From contig CACFOR010000004.1 in assembly GCA_902567785.1 (NCBI GenBank), forward strand, positions 25,890-89,889: a stretch of 64,000 nt of DNA, given 5' to 3'. The DNA comes from an uncultured Pelagibacteraceae bacterium (GTDB taxonomy: Bacteria > Pseudomonadota > Alphaproteobacteria > Pelagibacterales > Pelagibacteraceae). This document shows, piece after piece, positions 19,909-26,826 of this stretch; the stretch's first letter is position 1, and each line of letters opens with the position of its first letter. Made by a program: the position numbers and the translations under genes. The notes beneath the pieces are model-generated. The model was not told where the DNA came from and searched no databases. It worked only from the letters and a program-made list of their open reading frames with translations.

Positions 19909-21716
19909 TGTCTACAAATGAAAATATACGCAATTTTTCAATAATTGCGCACATTGATCACGGAAAATCTACTCTGGCAGATAGATTGATACATAAGTGT
20001 GGAGGTCTTACGGAAAGAGAAATGAAGGATCAAGTTTTAGATTCAATGGATATAGAGAGAGAAAGAGGAATTACTATAAAGGCACAAACAGTTCGATTAA
20101 ATTATAAAGCTCAGAATGGAAAAGACTATATTTTAAATATCATTGATACGCCGGGTCATGTAGATTTTAGTTATGAAGTAAGCAGATCTCTGTCAGCTTG
20201 CGAAGGATCTATATTGATAGTTGATAGTGCACAAGGTGTTGAGGCACAAACTTTGGCGAATGTGTATCAGGCTCTTGATAATAATCACGAAATTATTCCA
20301 GTACTTAACAAGATAGATTTGCCTGCTTCAGATACAGATAAAGTAAAAAAACAAATAGCAGATGTAATAGGAATAGATGTTACTAACACAATAAATTGCT
20401 CAGGAAAAACGGGAGAAGGAGTAGACGAAATTTTAGAATCCATAATAAAAATTTTACCTCCGCCAAAAGGTAACATAAAAAATCCCTTGAAATGTTTACT
20501 CGTGGATAGTTGGTATGACAGTTATTTAGGAGTAGTAATTTTAGTTAGAACTATAGACGGAAGCTTGAAAAAAGGAATGCAAATAAAAATGATGTCAAAT
20601 AATAGTAAACACACAATTGAAAAAGTGGGTGTGTTTACTCCAAAACCAAAAGATATGGATGTAATTTCATCAGGAGAAATTGGTTTTATTATTACTGGGA
20701 TTAAAAATTTATCAGATACTAAAGTTGGTGACACCATATGTGATGTAGCAAATCCAATAGATAAACCTCTGCCTGGATTTAAACCCAGCAAGCCAGTAGT
20801 TTTTTGTGGTTTATTTCCAGTAGATAATTCTGAGTATCAAAAACTTAAAGATGGTATCGCAAAGTTAAAACTTAATGATTCTAGTTTTTCTTATGAGCCT
20901 GAGGCCTCAAGTGCTTTGGGCCTAGGTTTTCGTTGTGGTTTTTTAGGTTTGCTTCACTTAGAGATAGTAACCCAAAGATTAGAAAGAGAATTTAATATTA
21001 ATCTCATTACAACAACACCTGGTGTAATTTATAAGATTAACAAAAGAGATGGTTCAACTAAAGAATTACAGAATCCAACAGACATGCCAGATCCAACTCA
21101 AATTTTATCAATAGAAGAGCCTTGGATAAAGGCAACAATAATTACTCCCGACAAGTATTTGGGATCAATAATAAAAATATGCCAGGATAAAAGAGGAATT
21201 CAAAATAATTTAACTTATTCCGGAAATCGTGCTGTCCTGAATTATGAATTACCACTTAACGAAGTAGTTTTTGATTTTTATGATCGACTAAAATCTATTT
21301 CAAGCGGATATGCTAGTTTTGACTATGAAATAACAGAATACAAAGAAGGAAATTTAGTTAAAATGGGTATACTTGTTAATTCAGAACCTGTCGACGCTTT
21401 ATCTATGATTATTTATAAAGATTTTGCTCAATCACAAGGAAGACTAGTTTGTGAAAAGCTTAAAGAATTAATCCCTAGGCATAATTTTCAAATTCCAATT
21501 CAAGCTGCTATCGGAGGAAAAATTATTGCTAGAGAAACAATTAAAGGATTTAAAAAAGATGTTCTCACAAAAATTCATGGGGGAGGAGCACGAGACAGAA
21601 AAAGAAAGCTGTTAGATAAACAGAAAAAAGGTAAAGCAAGAGCTAAACAGTTTGGAAAAGTGGAAATTCCGCAAGAAGCTTTTATTGGAGTTTTAAAAAT
21701 AAATAAGGAAACTTAA
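19908..21716 (+). CDS. lepA: Elongation factor 4 (LepA)
   Basis: 602 aa with GTPase motifs [14 protein letters not shown] and NKID, and a LepA C-terminal domain. Confidence 0.95.
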   Translation: MSTNENIRNFSIIAHIDHGKSTLADRLIHKCGGLTEREMKDQVLDSMDIERERGITIKAQTVRLNYKAQNGKDYILNIIDTPGHVDFSYEVSRSLSACEGSILIVDSAQGVEAQTLANVYQALDNNHEIIPVLNKIDLPASDTDKVKKQIADVIGIDVTNTINCSGKTGEGVDEILESIIKILPPPKGNIKNPLKCLLVDSWYDSYLGVVILVRTIDGSLKKGMQIKMMSNNSKHTIEKVGVFTPKPKDMDVISSGEIGFIITGIKNLSDTKVGDTICDVANPIDKPLPGFKPSKPVVFCGLFPVDNSEYQKLKDGIAKLKLNDSSFSYEPEASSALGLGFRCGFLGLLHLEIVTQRLEREFNINLITTTPGVIYKINKRDGSTKELQNPTDMPDPTQILSIEEPWIKATIITPDKYLGSIIKICQDKRGIQNNLTYSGNRAVLNYELPLNEVVFDFYDRLKSISSGYASFDYEITEYKEGNLVKMGILVNSEPVDALSMIIYKDFAQSQGRLVCEKLKELIPRHNFQIPIQAAIGGKIIARETIKGFKKDVLTKIHGGGARDRKRKLLDKQKKGKARAKQFGKVEIPQEAFIGVLKINKET

Positions 21717-21718
21717 AT

Positions 21719-21808
21719 GGAGAGATGGCCGAGCGGTTTAAGGCGCAGGCTTGGAAAGCTTGTGTACTGTCAAAGGTACCGTGGGTTCGAATCCCACTCT
21801 CTCCGCCA
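21719..21808 (+). tRNA. tRNA-Ser (anticodon GGA), long variable arm, CCA encoded
   Basis: Hand-folded. The acceptor is GGAGAGA/TCTCTCC. The anticodon stem is CAGGC/GCTTG with loop TTGGAAA. The T arm is GTGGG-TTCGAAT-CCCAC. Total length is 90 nt. Confidence 0.9.
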
Positions 21809-23380
21809 TTAACTCTGATCCTTTTTTTCTTGGTCTGAATTTTCCTGTTCGAGAGGTAGACCTAACCTTCTTTCTTCCATTTTTTTTAAATTTTCCCTTT
21901 CAATCTCTTTTGTTGTTTCAACTTCTTTAATTTGTATTTTTCTAGCTTCTTCTGCCCTTTGTTTTCTTTCTTGTTCTTCTTTTAATCTCCTGCTTTTCTC
22001 TTCTTCTTTTAATTTTTTTTCTATTATTCTTTTTGCCTCTTCAAGACGGTTTGATCTATCTCTTTCTATTTCTTCTATTTTATTTTTATGAATTTTATCC
22101 AATTTTCTTCTAGCTTCATTTTCTTCTGATATTCTTTTTTCTTTTAATTTATTTATTTCCTCAAGGTGTGAGAGTTTTTTTTGTTCAGCGTCATCTAATT
22201 TATTTTTGTAAGTTTGTTCCGTTTTTTCAATTAATTTTCTCTCTTCTTCAATTCCTTTTTCTTTTTTTATTTTTATTAAATTTAATTTTTTTGAAGTTTC
22301 ATCTTCATCTGCTTTTATTCTTCTTTCCTCTTCTTCTAGCAATCTTCTTTCTTCATCTTCTTCTAATTTTATTCTTTTTTCTTTTTTAATTTTTCCCTCT
22401 TCTTCTTTCAATCTCCTATTTTCTTCTAGCAATCTTCTTTTTTCTTCTTCTTTAAATCTTATATTTTCTTCCTCTTCTAATATTCTTATAGATTCTTCTT
22501 CTAAGCTTTTTTCTCTTTCTTTTAGTAATATTTGTTCATCTCTTATTTTTCTTATGATCTCATCATTTGATCTTCTTTTTTCTTCAGCTTTTAACCTTCT
22601 TTCTTTTTCTTTTTTTAAATTATTCTCTTCTTTTTCTTTTAGTATTCTGTTTTCTTCTTTTATCTTTGATAGTTCTTCTAATTCTAATCTTCTTGTTTCT
22701 TCAGCTTTAGTTTTTTTTAATTCTTTTTTTGCGATTCTTCTTTGTTTTTCTTTTTCTATTTTTTCCTTATAATGTTGATCCAATTTCCCCTTTTCTATCT
22801 GTTCTTCTTCTATTCTTTTTTCTTTTAATTTATTTATTTCCTCAATAGCTATTATGTTTTCATTTTCTATTTTTTCTAATTTTTCATTGTAAGTTTGGTT
22901 CATCTCTTCCAATTTTTGTTGCTCATCTATTATTCGCTTTTCTTTTAATTGGGAAATCCTTTCAAGTTCTCCCAGTTTTTCTTGTTCTGCTTTTGCTATA
23001 CCCTCCTTATAAATTGGATCAATTTTTTCCCGCTCTTCTTGTTCTTCTTTTGTCTTTCTCTCTTGTTCAATTCTTATAAAGCTAATTTCTTTTAATCTAT
23101 TTTCTTCCTCTTTTTTTAACTGTTTTTCTTCTTCTTTTAACTGTTTTTGTTCTTCTTTAATTTGTTTTTCCCTATTTTTTTCTTTTAATTTTTCTTTTTC
23201 CTTTTTTTCTCTTTCGCGTTTTTCTGTAAAATTTTTATAAATTTTGCCTAGAGTTTTAAATTTAAGATCTACAGCTTTTTGCAGATCTATACCCGCTCCA
23301 TTAATTTTATTTTTATTATAATTTTTGGTTTTTCTTTTTTTAACTCTCTTTTTAGTTTTTTTTCTCATAATCCCTCTCAA
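21809..23380 (-). CDS. E/K/R-rich charged coiled-coil repeat protein (function unknown)
   Basis: 523-aa uninterrupted ORF, which is unlikely by chance in AT-rich DNA. It has a basic N-terminus followed by near-continuous EEKRRLKEEE-type heptad-like sequence with three (E)INKLKEKRI..E...KLD..YK.KIE repeats. Its stop codon directly abuts the tRNA CCA. Confidence 0.6.
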   Translation of the reverse strand: MRGIMRKKTKKRVKKRKTKNYNKNKINGAGIDLQKAVDLKFKTLGKIYKNFTEKREREKKEKEKLKEKNREKQIKEEQKQLKEEEKQLKKEEENRLKEISFIRIEQERKTKEEQEEREKIDPIYKEGIAKAEQEKLGELERISQLKEKRIIDEQQKLEEMNQTYNEKLEKIENENIIAIEEINKLKEKRIEEEQIEKGKLDQHYKEKIEKEKQRRIAKKELKKTKAEETRRLELEELSKIKEENRILKEKEENNLKKEKERRLKAEEKRRSNDEIIRKIRDEQILLKEREKSLEEESIRILEEEENIRFKEEEKRRLLEENRRLKEEEGKIKKEKRIKLEEDEERRLLEEEERRIKADEDETSKKLNLIKIKKEKGIEEERKLIEKTEQTYKNKLDDAEQKKLSHLEEINKLKEKRISEENEARRKLDKIHKNKIEEIERDRSNRLEEAKRIIEKKLKEEEKSRRLKEEQERKQRAEEARKIQIKEVETTKEIERENLKKMEERRLGLPLEQENSDQEKKDQS

Positions 23381-23473
23381 ACAAAGAATTATTGTACACC
23401 TATTTTAACTGATAAAGGATACTAAATAGTTCGCTTTGGGTTTCGTAATTGAGGCATATATACCAATGTTCTC

Positions 23474-23540
23474 GGCGCAGGCTTGGAAAGCTTGTGTACT
23501 GTCAAAGGTACCGTGGGTTCGAATCCCACTCTCTCCGCCA
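23474..23540 (+). repeat. Direct repeat copy 2 of the tRNA-Ser 3' 67 nt (att core-like)
   Basis: Identical by eye to 21742..21808 (ggcgcaggcttggaaagc...ctctctccgcca). Confidence 0.9.
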
Positions 23541-23620
23541 TTAATTTAAGCTTTTCTATTCTTAAGTGTGGCGTTAAAATCGGTTTGGTCGCACTATGGT
23601 CGCAAATGAAATGAAAAAAA
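23541..23620 (+). repeat. Left (P'-like) arm, copy 1
   Basis: About 75/80 nt identical to 24557..24636. It contains GGTCGCActatGGTCGCA, two direct motifs 11 bp apart. Confidence 0.8.
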
Positions 23621-24162
23621 ATGAGAAATACTTTGTTGAGAATTCAAAAAAACTAGACGAAGCTTTTAAAATTCTAGAGTTGGAGCCCGAAACTGATATA
23701 GCCAAAGATAAAACAGAAGGTTATTTAATAGACGTTAATAAGATGGCTGAAAATATAAAAGGCGATATTATAAAAATGGCGCATTTTTTAAAAAATTTAA
23801 AAGATGTTCCAACTTATCCAGATGGTCCAATAAATGACGTTCTAAAAAAAAGATTTTTTGAAGTTTTTAACGCCATGTCAATTTATGTGTGTGCTATTAA
23901 AAAAATAAAAAATAAAGATGAAGCGATCTCAGAAATTAATCGCCATCTATATAGAGAAAAAACGTATAATGACCCAATAAACAAATTTATGATGCCAATA
24001 GCTGGTGTTTTTTTGCTAGCATGTTCAGTTTTAATGATCACAACGGACGCACCAAATATTATGAAAATTCCAGATAATAATCGTTGGTGGCTGACAGTAT
24101 TTCTTGCTGCGGTGGGTTTTAGCATCCTTGTTAGAAGTTATTGGTTTCGAAATAAAAAATGA
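23611..24162 (+). CDS. Hypothetical protein with two C-terminal TM helices
   Basis: The ORF track gives 23596..24162. The first 15 nt lie inside the conserved arm repeat, so the ATG at 23611 (MKKNEKYF...) is preferred. The C-terminus carries hydrophobic segments MMPIAGVFLLACSVLMI and WWLTVFLAAVGFSILV. Confidence 0.5.
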   Translation: MKKNEKYFVENSKKLDEAFKILELEPETDIAKDKTEGYLIDVNKMAENIKGDIIKMAHFLKNLKDVPTYPDGPINDVLKKRFFEVFNAMSIYVCAIKKIKNKDEAISEINRHLYREKTYNDPINKFMMPIAGVFLLACSVLMITTDAPNIMKIPDNNRWWLTVFLAAVGFSILVRSYWFRNKK

Positions 24163-24407
24163 AAAAGATTAAAAAAAAAACGGAAACAAAAAAGGAAATT
24201 GAAGAAAGGGTAAGAAAAGAAGAAAAAGAATCAAATTTTCGTGAAAAAAAAAGAAATAGCCACATACTCTTCATGGGGATTTTCGGTGCTATAATTGGAA
24301 TAATATTTGTTAGTGTTAAATATCCATACGCAACTACCTTTGGAATAATAGGTGGAGCTATCACTGGTGGTTTGATTGGTGCAGCGATCGGAGATCATAC
24401 TGGATAA
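24159..24407 (+). CDS. Small membrane protein with glycine-zipper C-terminus
   Basis: 82 aa with an ATGA overlap to the upstream ORF. It has a K/E-rich N-terminus, then GIFGAIIGIIF...GIIGGAITGGLIGAAIG (GxxxG repeats). Confidence 0.45.
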   Translation: MKKIKKKTETKKEIEERVRKEEKESNFREKKRNSHILFMGIFGAIIGIIFVSVKYPYATTFGIIGGAITGGLIGAAIGDHTG

Positions 24408-24408
24408 C

Positions 24409-24489
24409 GATCGCACTCTGGTCGCAATCCAACTTAAATTTTAAGATTTCTCTGTTAAATAAATATTGATTTTGCTACGTTAAAAAATT
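24409..24489 (+). repeat. Right (P-like) arm, copy 1
   Basis: About 75/81 nt identical to 26651..26731. It begins GaTCGCActctGGTCGCA and ends ...attgattttgctacgttaaaaaatt directly before the tRNA fragment. Confidence 0.8.
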
Positions 24490-24556
24490 GGCGCAGGCTT
24501 GGAAAGCTTGTGTACTGTCAAAGGTACCGTGGGTTCGAATCCCACTCTCTCCGCCA
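24490..24556 (+). repeat. Direct repeat copy 3 of the tRNA-Ser 3' 67 nt
   Basis: Identical by eye to 21742..21808. Confidence 0.9.
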
Positions 24557-24636
24557 TTAATTTAAGCTTTTCTAATATTAAGTGTGGCGTTAAAATCGGT
24601 TTGGTCGCACTGTGGTCGCAAATGAGATGAGAAAAA
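24557..24636 (+). repeat. Left (P'-like) arm, copy 2
   Basis: See 23541..23620. It contains GGTCGCActgtGGTCGCA. Confidence 0.8.
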
Positions 24637-25427
24637 TACAAAAATGCCCTGCATGTAGAAAAGCAAAAGGCGGAAAAAGAATAACACTAATTAATGCAAA
24701 ATTCGTTCACGAAAATTGCGCTGAATTTTTAGAAAACAGACCAAATGAAATTTCTCGTGAAATGAACTATCTTTATATAAAAAAAAACAGCTTAATAAAT
24801 AAAATAAAATCTATATTTAGTTTTAACCTAGAAAATAGCACTGAATTTATTGAAGCTAAGTTAACTTTATTAAGTCATGAAAGTCAGAAAATTCAAAATT
24901 TAAGAAAAAAAATTTATCACTTTTGGCCTGACTACCCGCCAGATTGGGAGGAAAGACGACAAGAAGCTTTAGAAAAAGCAGAAGAACAGTGTGAGGATTG
25001 TGGAGAATCAAAAGATTATTATGGTTTTTTGCACGTTCACCATATCAAATTCAGAGGAAGAGGTGGAAATCATAAGCCTTCAAATCTAATGGTTCTTTGT
25101 CACAACTGTCACGAGGAAAAACATGGAGGAATCACTTTCGGTGATAACAAAAAAACTTATAGACCCTCAGCTTATCCTGAACGTATAAAAACTATAAAAA
25201 AAGCAATTAAATTGAAGAAAATTGTTAATTTCACTTATTATAAAGTTAAAGAAAAAAGATTTATGAAAAGAAAAGTGAAACCTCATAAGCTAACAAAGGA
25301 AATTTTAGTTGATGGAAAAATAAAGTATATCGTTGATAATTTATATTTGGTTGGATATTGTTTTTTGAGAGAAGATAGAAGAACTTTTAGATTAGACAGA
25401 ATGAAGGGTTTAAAAATAGAAAAATGA
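24627..25427 (+). CDS. HNH endonuclease fused to a C-terminal WYL domain (N-terminal Cys-rich segment)
   Basis: The ORF track gives 24612 (GTG) to 25427; the first ATG is at 24627. The HNH core is CEDCG...HVHHIKFRGRGGNHKPSNLMVLCHNCHEEKH. The WYL-like C-terminus is VNFTYYK...RKVKPHKL...LYLVGYCFLREDRRTFRLDRM. The N-terminus has CPACRK...HENC. Confidence 0.75.
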   Translation: MRKIQKCPACRKAKGGKRITLINAKFVHENCAEFLENRPNEISREMNYLYIKKNSLINKIKSIFSFNLENSTEFIEAKLTLLSHESQKIQNLRKKIYHFWPDYPPDWEERRQEALEKAEEQCEDCGESKDYYGFLHVHHIKFRGRGGNHKPSNLMVLCHNCHEEKHGGITFGDNKKTYRPSAYPERIKTIKKAIKLKKIVNFTYYKVKEKRFMKRKVKPHKLTKEILVDGKIKYIVDNLYLVGYCFLREDRRTFRLDRMKGLKIEK

Positions 25428-25597
25428 AAACATTTGAAAAAGAATTTGAACTTAAAACTAAATTAGAAACATTAGATCACTACGTTCGATCCATACTTAA
25501 TAAATTTGATCCTGACGATGAAATAGAAGTTGATATTCAAGAATTTGATGGAAAGAAGATAGTGAACGTTAAGATATTAGATAGGGTGCTGAATTAA
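25424..25597 (+). CDS. Small hypothetical protein (57 aa, acidic), below the ORF-track size cutoff
   Basis: Hand-translated as MKTFEKEFELKTKLETLDHYVRSILNKFDPDDEIEVDIQEFDGKKIVNVKILDRVLN*. It has an ATGA overlap with the HNH-WYL stop and a TAATG overlap with the next ORF. Confidence 0.4.
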   Translation: MKTFEKEFELKTKLETLDHYVRSILNKFDPDDEIEVDIQEFDGKKIVNVKILDRVLN

Positions 25598-25830
25598 TGG
25601 ACGACAAAGATTTCAAAAAAAAGTTTGAGGAAGCAAATCCAAATATAAAACTTGTACGAAGAACAAAAGAAAGAACTGAAGCATCAGCAAAACGCGTGAC
25701 ATTTGCGTTAGGTGGAATGGGTCTATTTATATTTATGGGCATAATGTCTGGAGCACCGTTCTGGGTACATCTTGTGGTGGTTCCATTAATTGGTGCGATT
25801 TTTTATTTTGGAGCTCCAAGTGAAAAATAA
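25597..25830 (+). CDS. Small membrane protein (two predicted TM helices)
   Basis: 77 aa with a charged N-terminus followed by FALGGMGLFIFMGIMSGAPFWVHLVVVPLIGAIFYF. Confidence 0.45.
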   Translation: MDDKDFKKKFEEANPNIKLVRRTKERTEASAKRVTFALGGMGLFIFMGIMSGAPFWVHLVVVPLIGAIFYFGAPSEK

Positions 25831-26107
25831 AAAAAAACATAAATATGGAACTGGAAATATTATAGATGATTTTCCGCATTATCCCGACAATTATAGGGAT
25901 CACCGCACATATATTTATCAACTAAGTGAATCAAAAATACAAACACATCCAAATAAAAGTATGGAAGGGAAAAAACAATGGTCTGTTGTTCAATATCGAA
26001 ATGTTTTGCCACCGCGTGTAGTTAATCTTTGGAGCTTTCCAACAAAAGAAGAAGCAGAATCATTCATGAAAAAACATGATTTTGTGATCCCTTCAAAACA
26101 AAATTAA
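25790..26107 (+). CDS. Hypothetical protein (start uncertain; an in-frame GTG near 25817 would remove most of the overlap)
   Basis: 105-aa ORF with no recognisable motif. It ends TAATG-coupled to the nuclease gene. Confidence 0.4.
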   Translation: MVRFFILELQVKNKKKHKYGTGNIIDDFPHYPDNYRDHRTYIYQLSESKIQTHPNKSMEGKKQWSVVQYRNVLPPRVVNLWSFPTKEEAESFMKKHDFVIPSKQN

Positions 26108-26562
26108 TGAAAAAACTTTTAACGATCTTGGTTCTGGGCTTGTTGTTTTGCAGCAACAGTTTCGCAGATAGCCTAAGAGTAGTGGATGGCGACACAATCG
26201 TGCTCAATGGTGAGAAAATTCGTTTCTCTGGCATAGACACACCTGAATTAAAACAAACGTGCATGAAGGGAGATGAAAAGGTTTTCTGTGGAAAAACAGC
26301 AAAGATGCTTCTTATTAAAAAAATAGGCAATGAAACACCTGAATGTATCAGCGAAGGAAAGGATGCTTATAAAAGAACGTTAGCAGAATGTTTTGTTAAC
26401 GGGGAAAGTTTATCATCATATCTTGTGAGAAGTGGTTATGCTTTTGCTTATCGAAAATACTCAAAAAAATTTATTAAAGACGAAGAGTTTGCAAAAGAAA
26501 ATAAACTAGGGATGTGGGCGATGATGTTTCAATATCCATGGGATTTTAGAAAGGCATCATAA
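26107..26562 (+). CDS. Secreted staphylococcal-nuclease (SNase/thermonuclease)-like nuclease
   Basis: 151 aa with a signal peptide (MKKLLTILVLGLLFCSNSFA). It carries the SNase signature VVDGDTIVLNGEKIRFSGIDTPE, plus ...RTLAECF...LVRSGYAFAY...EEFAKENKLGMW. Confidence 0.8.
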   Translation: MKKLLTILVLGLLFCSNSFADSLRVVDGDTIVLNGEKIRFSGIDTPELKQTCMKGDEKVFCGKTAKMLLIKKIGNETPECISEGKDAYKRTLAECFVNGESLSSYLVRSGYAFAYRKYSKKFIKDEEFAKENKLGMWAMMFQYPWDFRKAS

Positions 26563-26650
26563 TAATATGCAATATTTCTTTGTTCCTATAATTGGTTTGA
26601 TTATATTCATACTTATCGTGATGCTGGTCTGAAAAAATGATAAATAATCT

Positions 26651-26731
26651 GGTCGCACTCTGGTCACAAACCAACTTCAATTTTAAGATTTTTCCGTTAA
26701 ATAAATATTGATTTTGCTACGTTAAAAAATT
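26651..26731 (+). repeat. Right (P-like) arm, copy 2
   Basis: See 24409..24489. It begins GGTCGCActctGGTCaCA. Confidence 0.8.
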
Positions 26732-26798
26732 GGCGCAGGCTTGGAAAGCTTGTGTACTGTCAAAGGTACCGTGGGTTCGAATCCCACTCTTTCCGCCA
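26732..26798 (+). repeat. Direct repeat copy 4 of the tRNA-Ser 3' 67 nt (one C>T difference at 26791)
   Basis: 66/67 identical to 21742..21808. It reads ctctTtccgcca where the tRNA has ctctCtccgcca. The downstream flank differs from the arms. Confidence 0.9.
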
Positions 26799-26826
26799 TC
26801 TGTGGGATTTTATAAAAAATAAAAAT

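Larger units (their letters stand above)
21809..23540. mobile_element. Module A: insertion bounded by tRNA-Ser and the first 67-nt tRNA 3' fragment copy; single cargo gene
   Basis: It is flanked by direct repeats of the tRNA 3' end (21742..21808 and 23474..23540). It has no arm homology to modules B and C. Confidence 0.45.
23541..24556. mobile_element. Module B: about 1.0-kb integrase-less cassette with conserved left and right arms, ending in tRNA fragment copy 3
   Basis: The left arm 23541..23620 and right arm 24409..24489 are homologous to those of module C. Cargo is two small membrane proteins. Confidence 0.5.
24557..26798. mobile_element. Module C: about 2.2-kb integrase-less cassette (HNH-WYL, small ORFs, SNase-like nuclease), ending in tRNA fragment copy 4
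   Basis: It has the same left and right arms as module B and is bounded by tRNA fragment copies 3 and 4. Confidence 0.5.

Noticed and set aside
22168-22772. Two plus-strand ORFs (73 and 72 aa, F/L/S-rich)
   Set aside because: They are the mirror image of the low-complexity E/K-rich gene on the minus strand, a typical artefact of purine/pyrimidine strand asymmetry.
24131-24416. Minus-strand ORFs of 77 and 61 aa overlapping the 82-aa plus-strand ORF
   Set aside because: The plus-strand ORF is ATGA-coupled to the upstream gene and has a coherent glycine-zipper TM segment. The antisense frames lack comparable features.
26064-26330. 88-aa minus-strand ORF
   Set aside because: It is antisense to the SNase-like gene, which has a clear family signature.
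21742-26798. Four direct repeats with intervening unique DNA, considered as a possible CRISPR array
   Set aside because: The repeats are 67-nt tRNA 3' fragments, not 24-48-nt palindromic repeats. The spacers are 1-2 kb and contain genes, and no cas genes are present.
21809-26798. Intact prophage integrated at tRNA-Ser
   Set aside because: No integrase, terminase, capsid, portal or tail genes are recognisable, and the total size is only about 5 kb. The region is better explained as tandem non-autonomous cassettes.
26781-26808. ATCCCAC/GTGGGAT hairpin spanning the end of tRNA fragment copy 4, considered as a terminator
   Set aside because: One arm is simply the tRNA T-stem sequence, the loop is 14 nt, and the trailing T-run is weak. 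It is probably coincidental.
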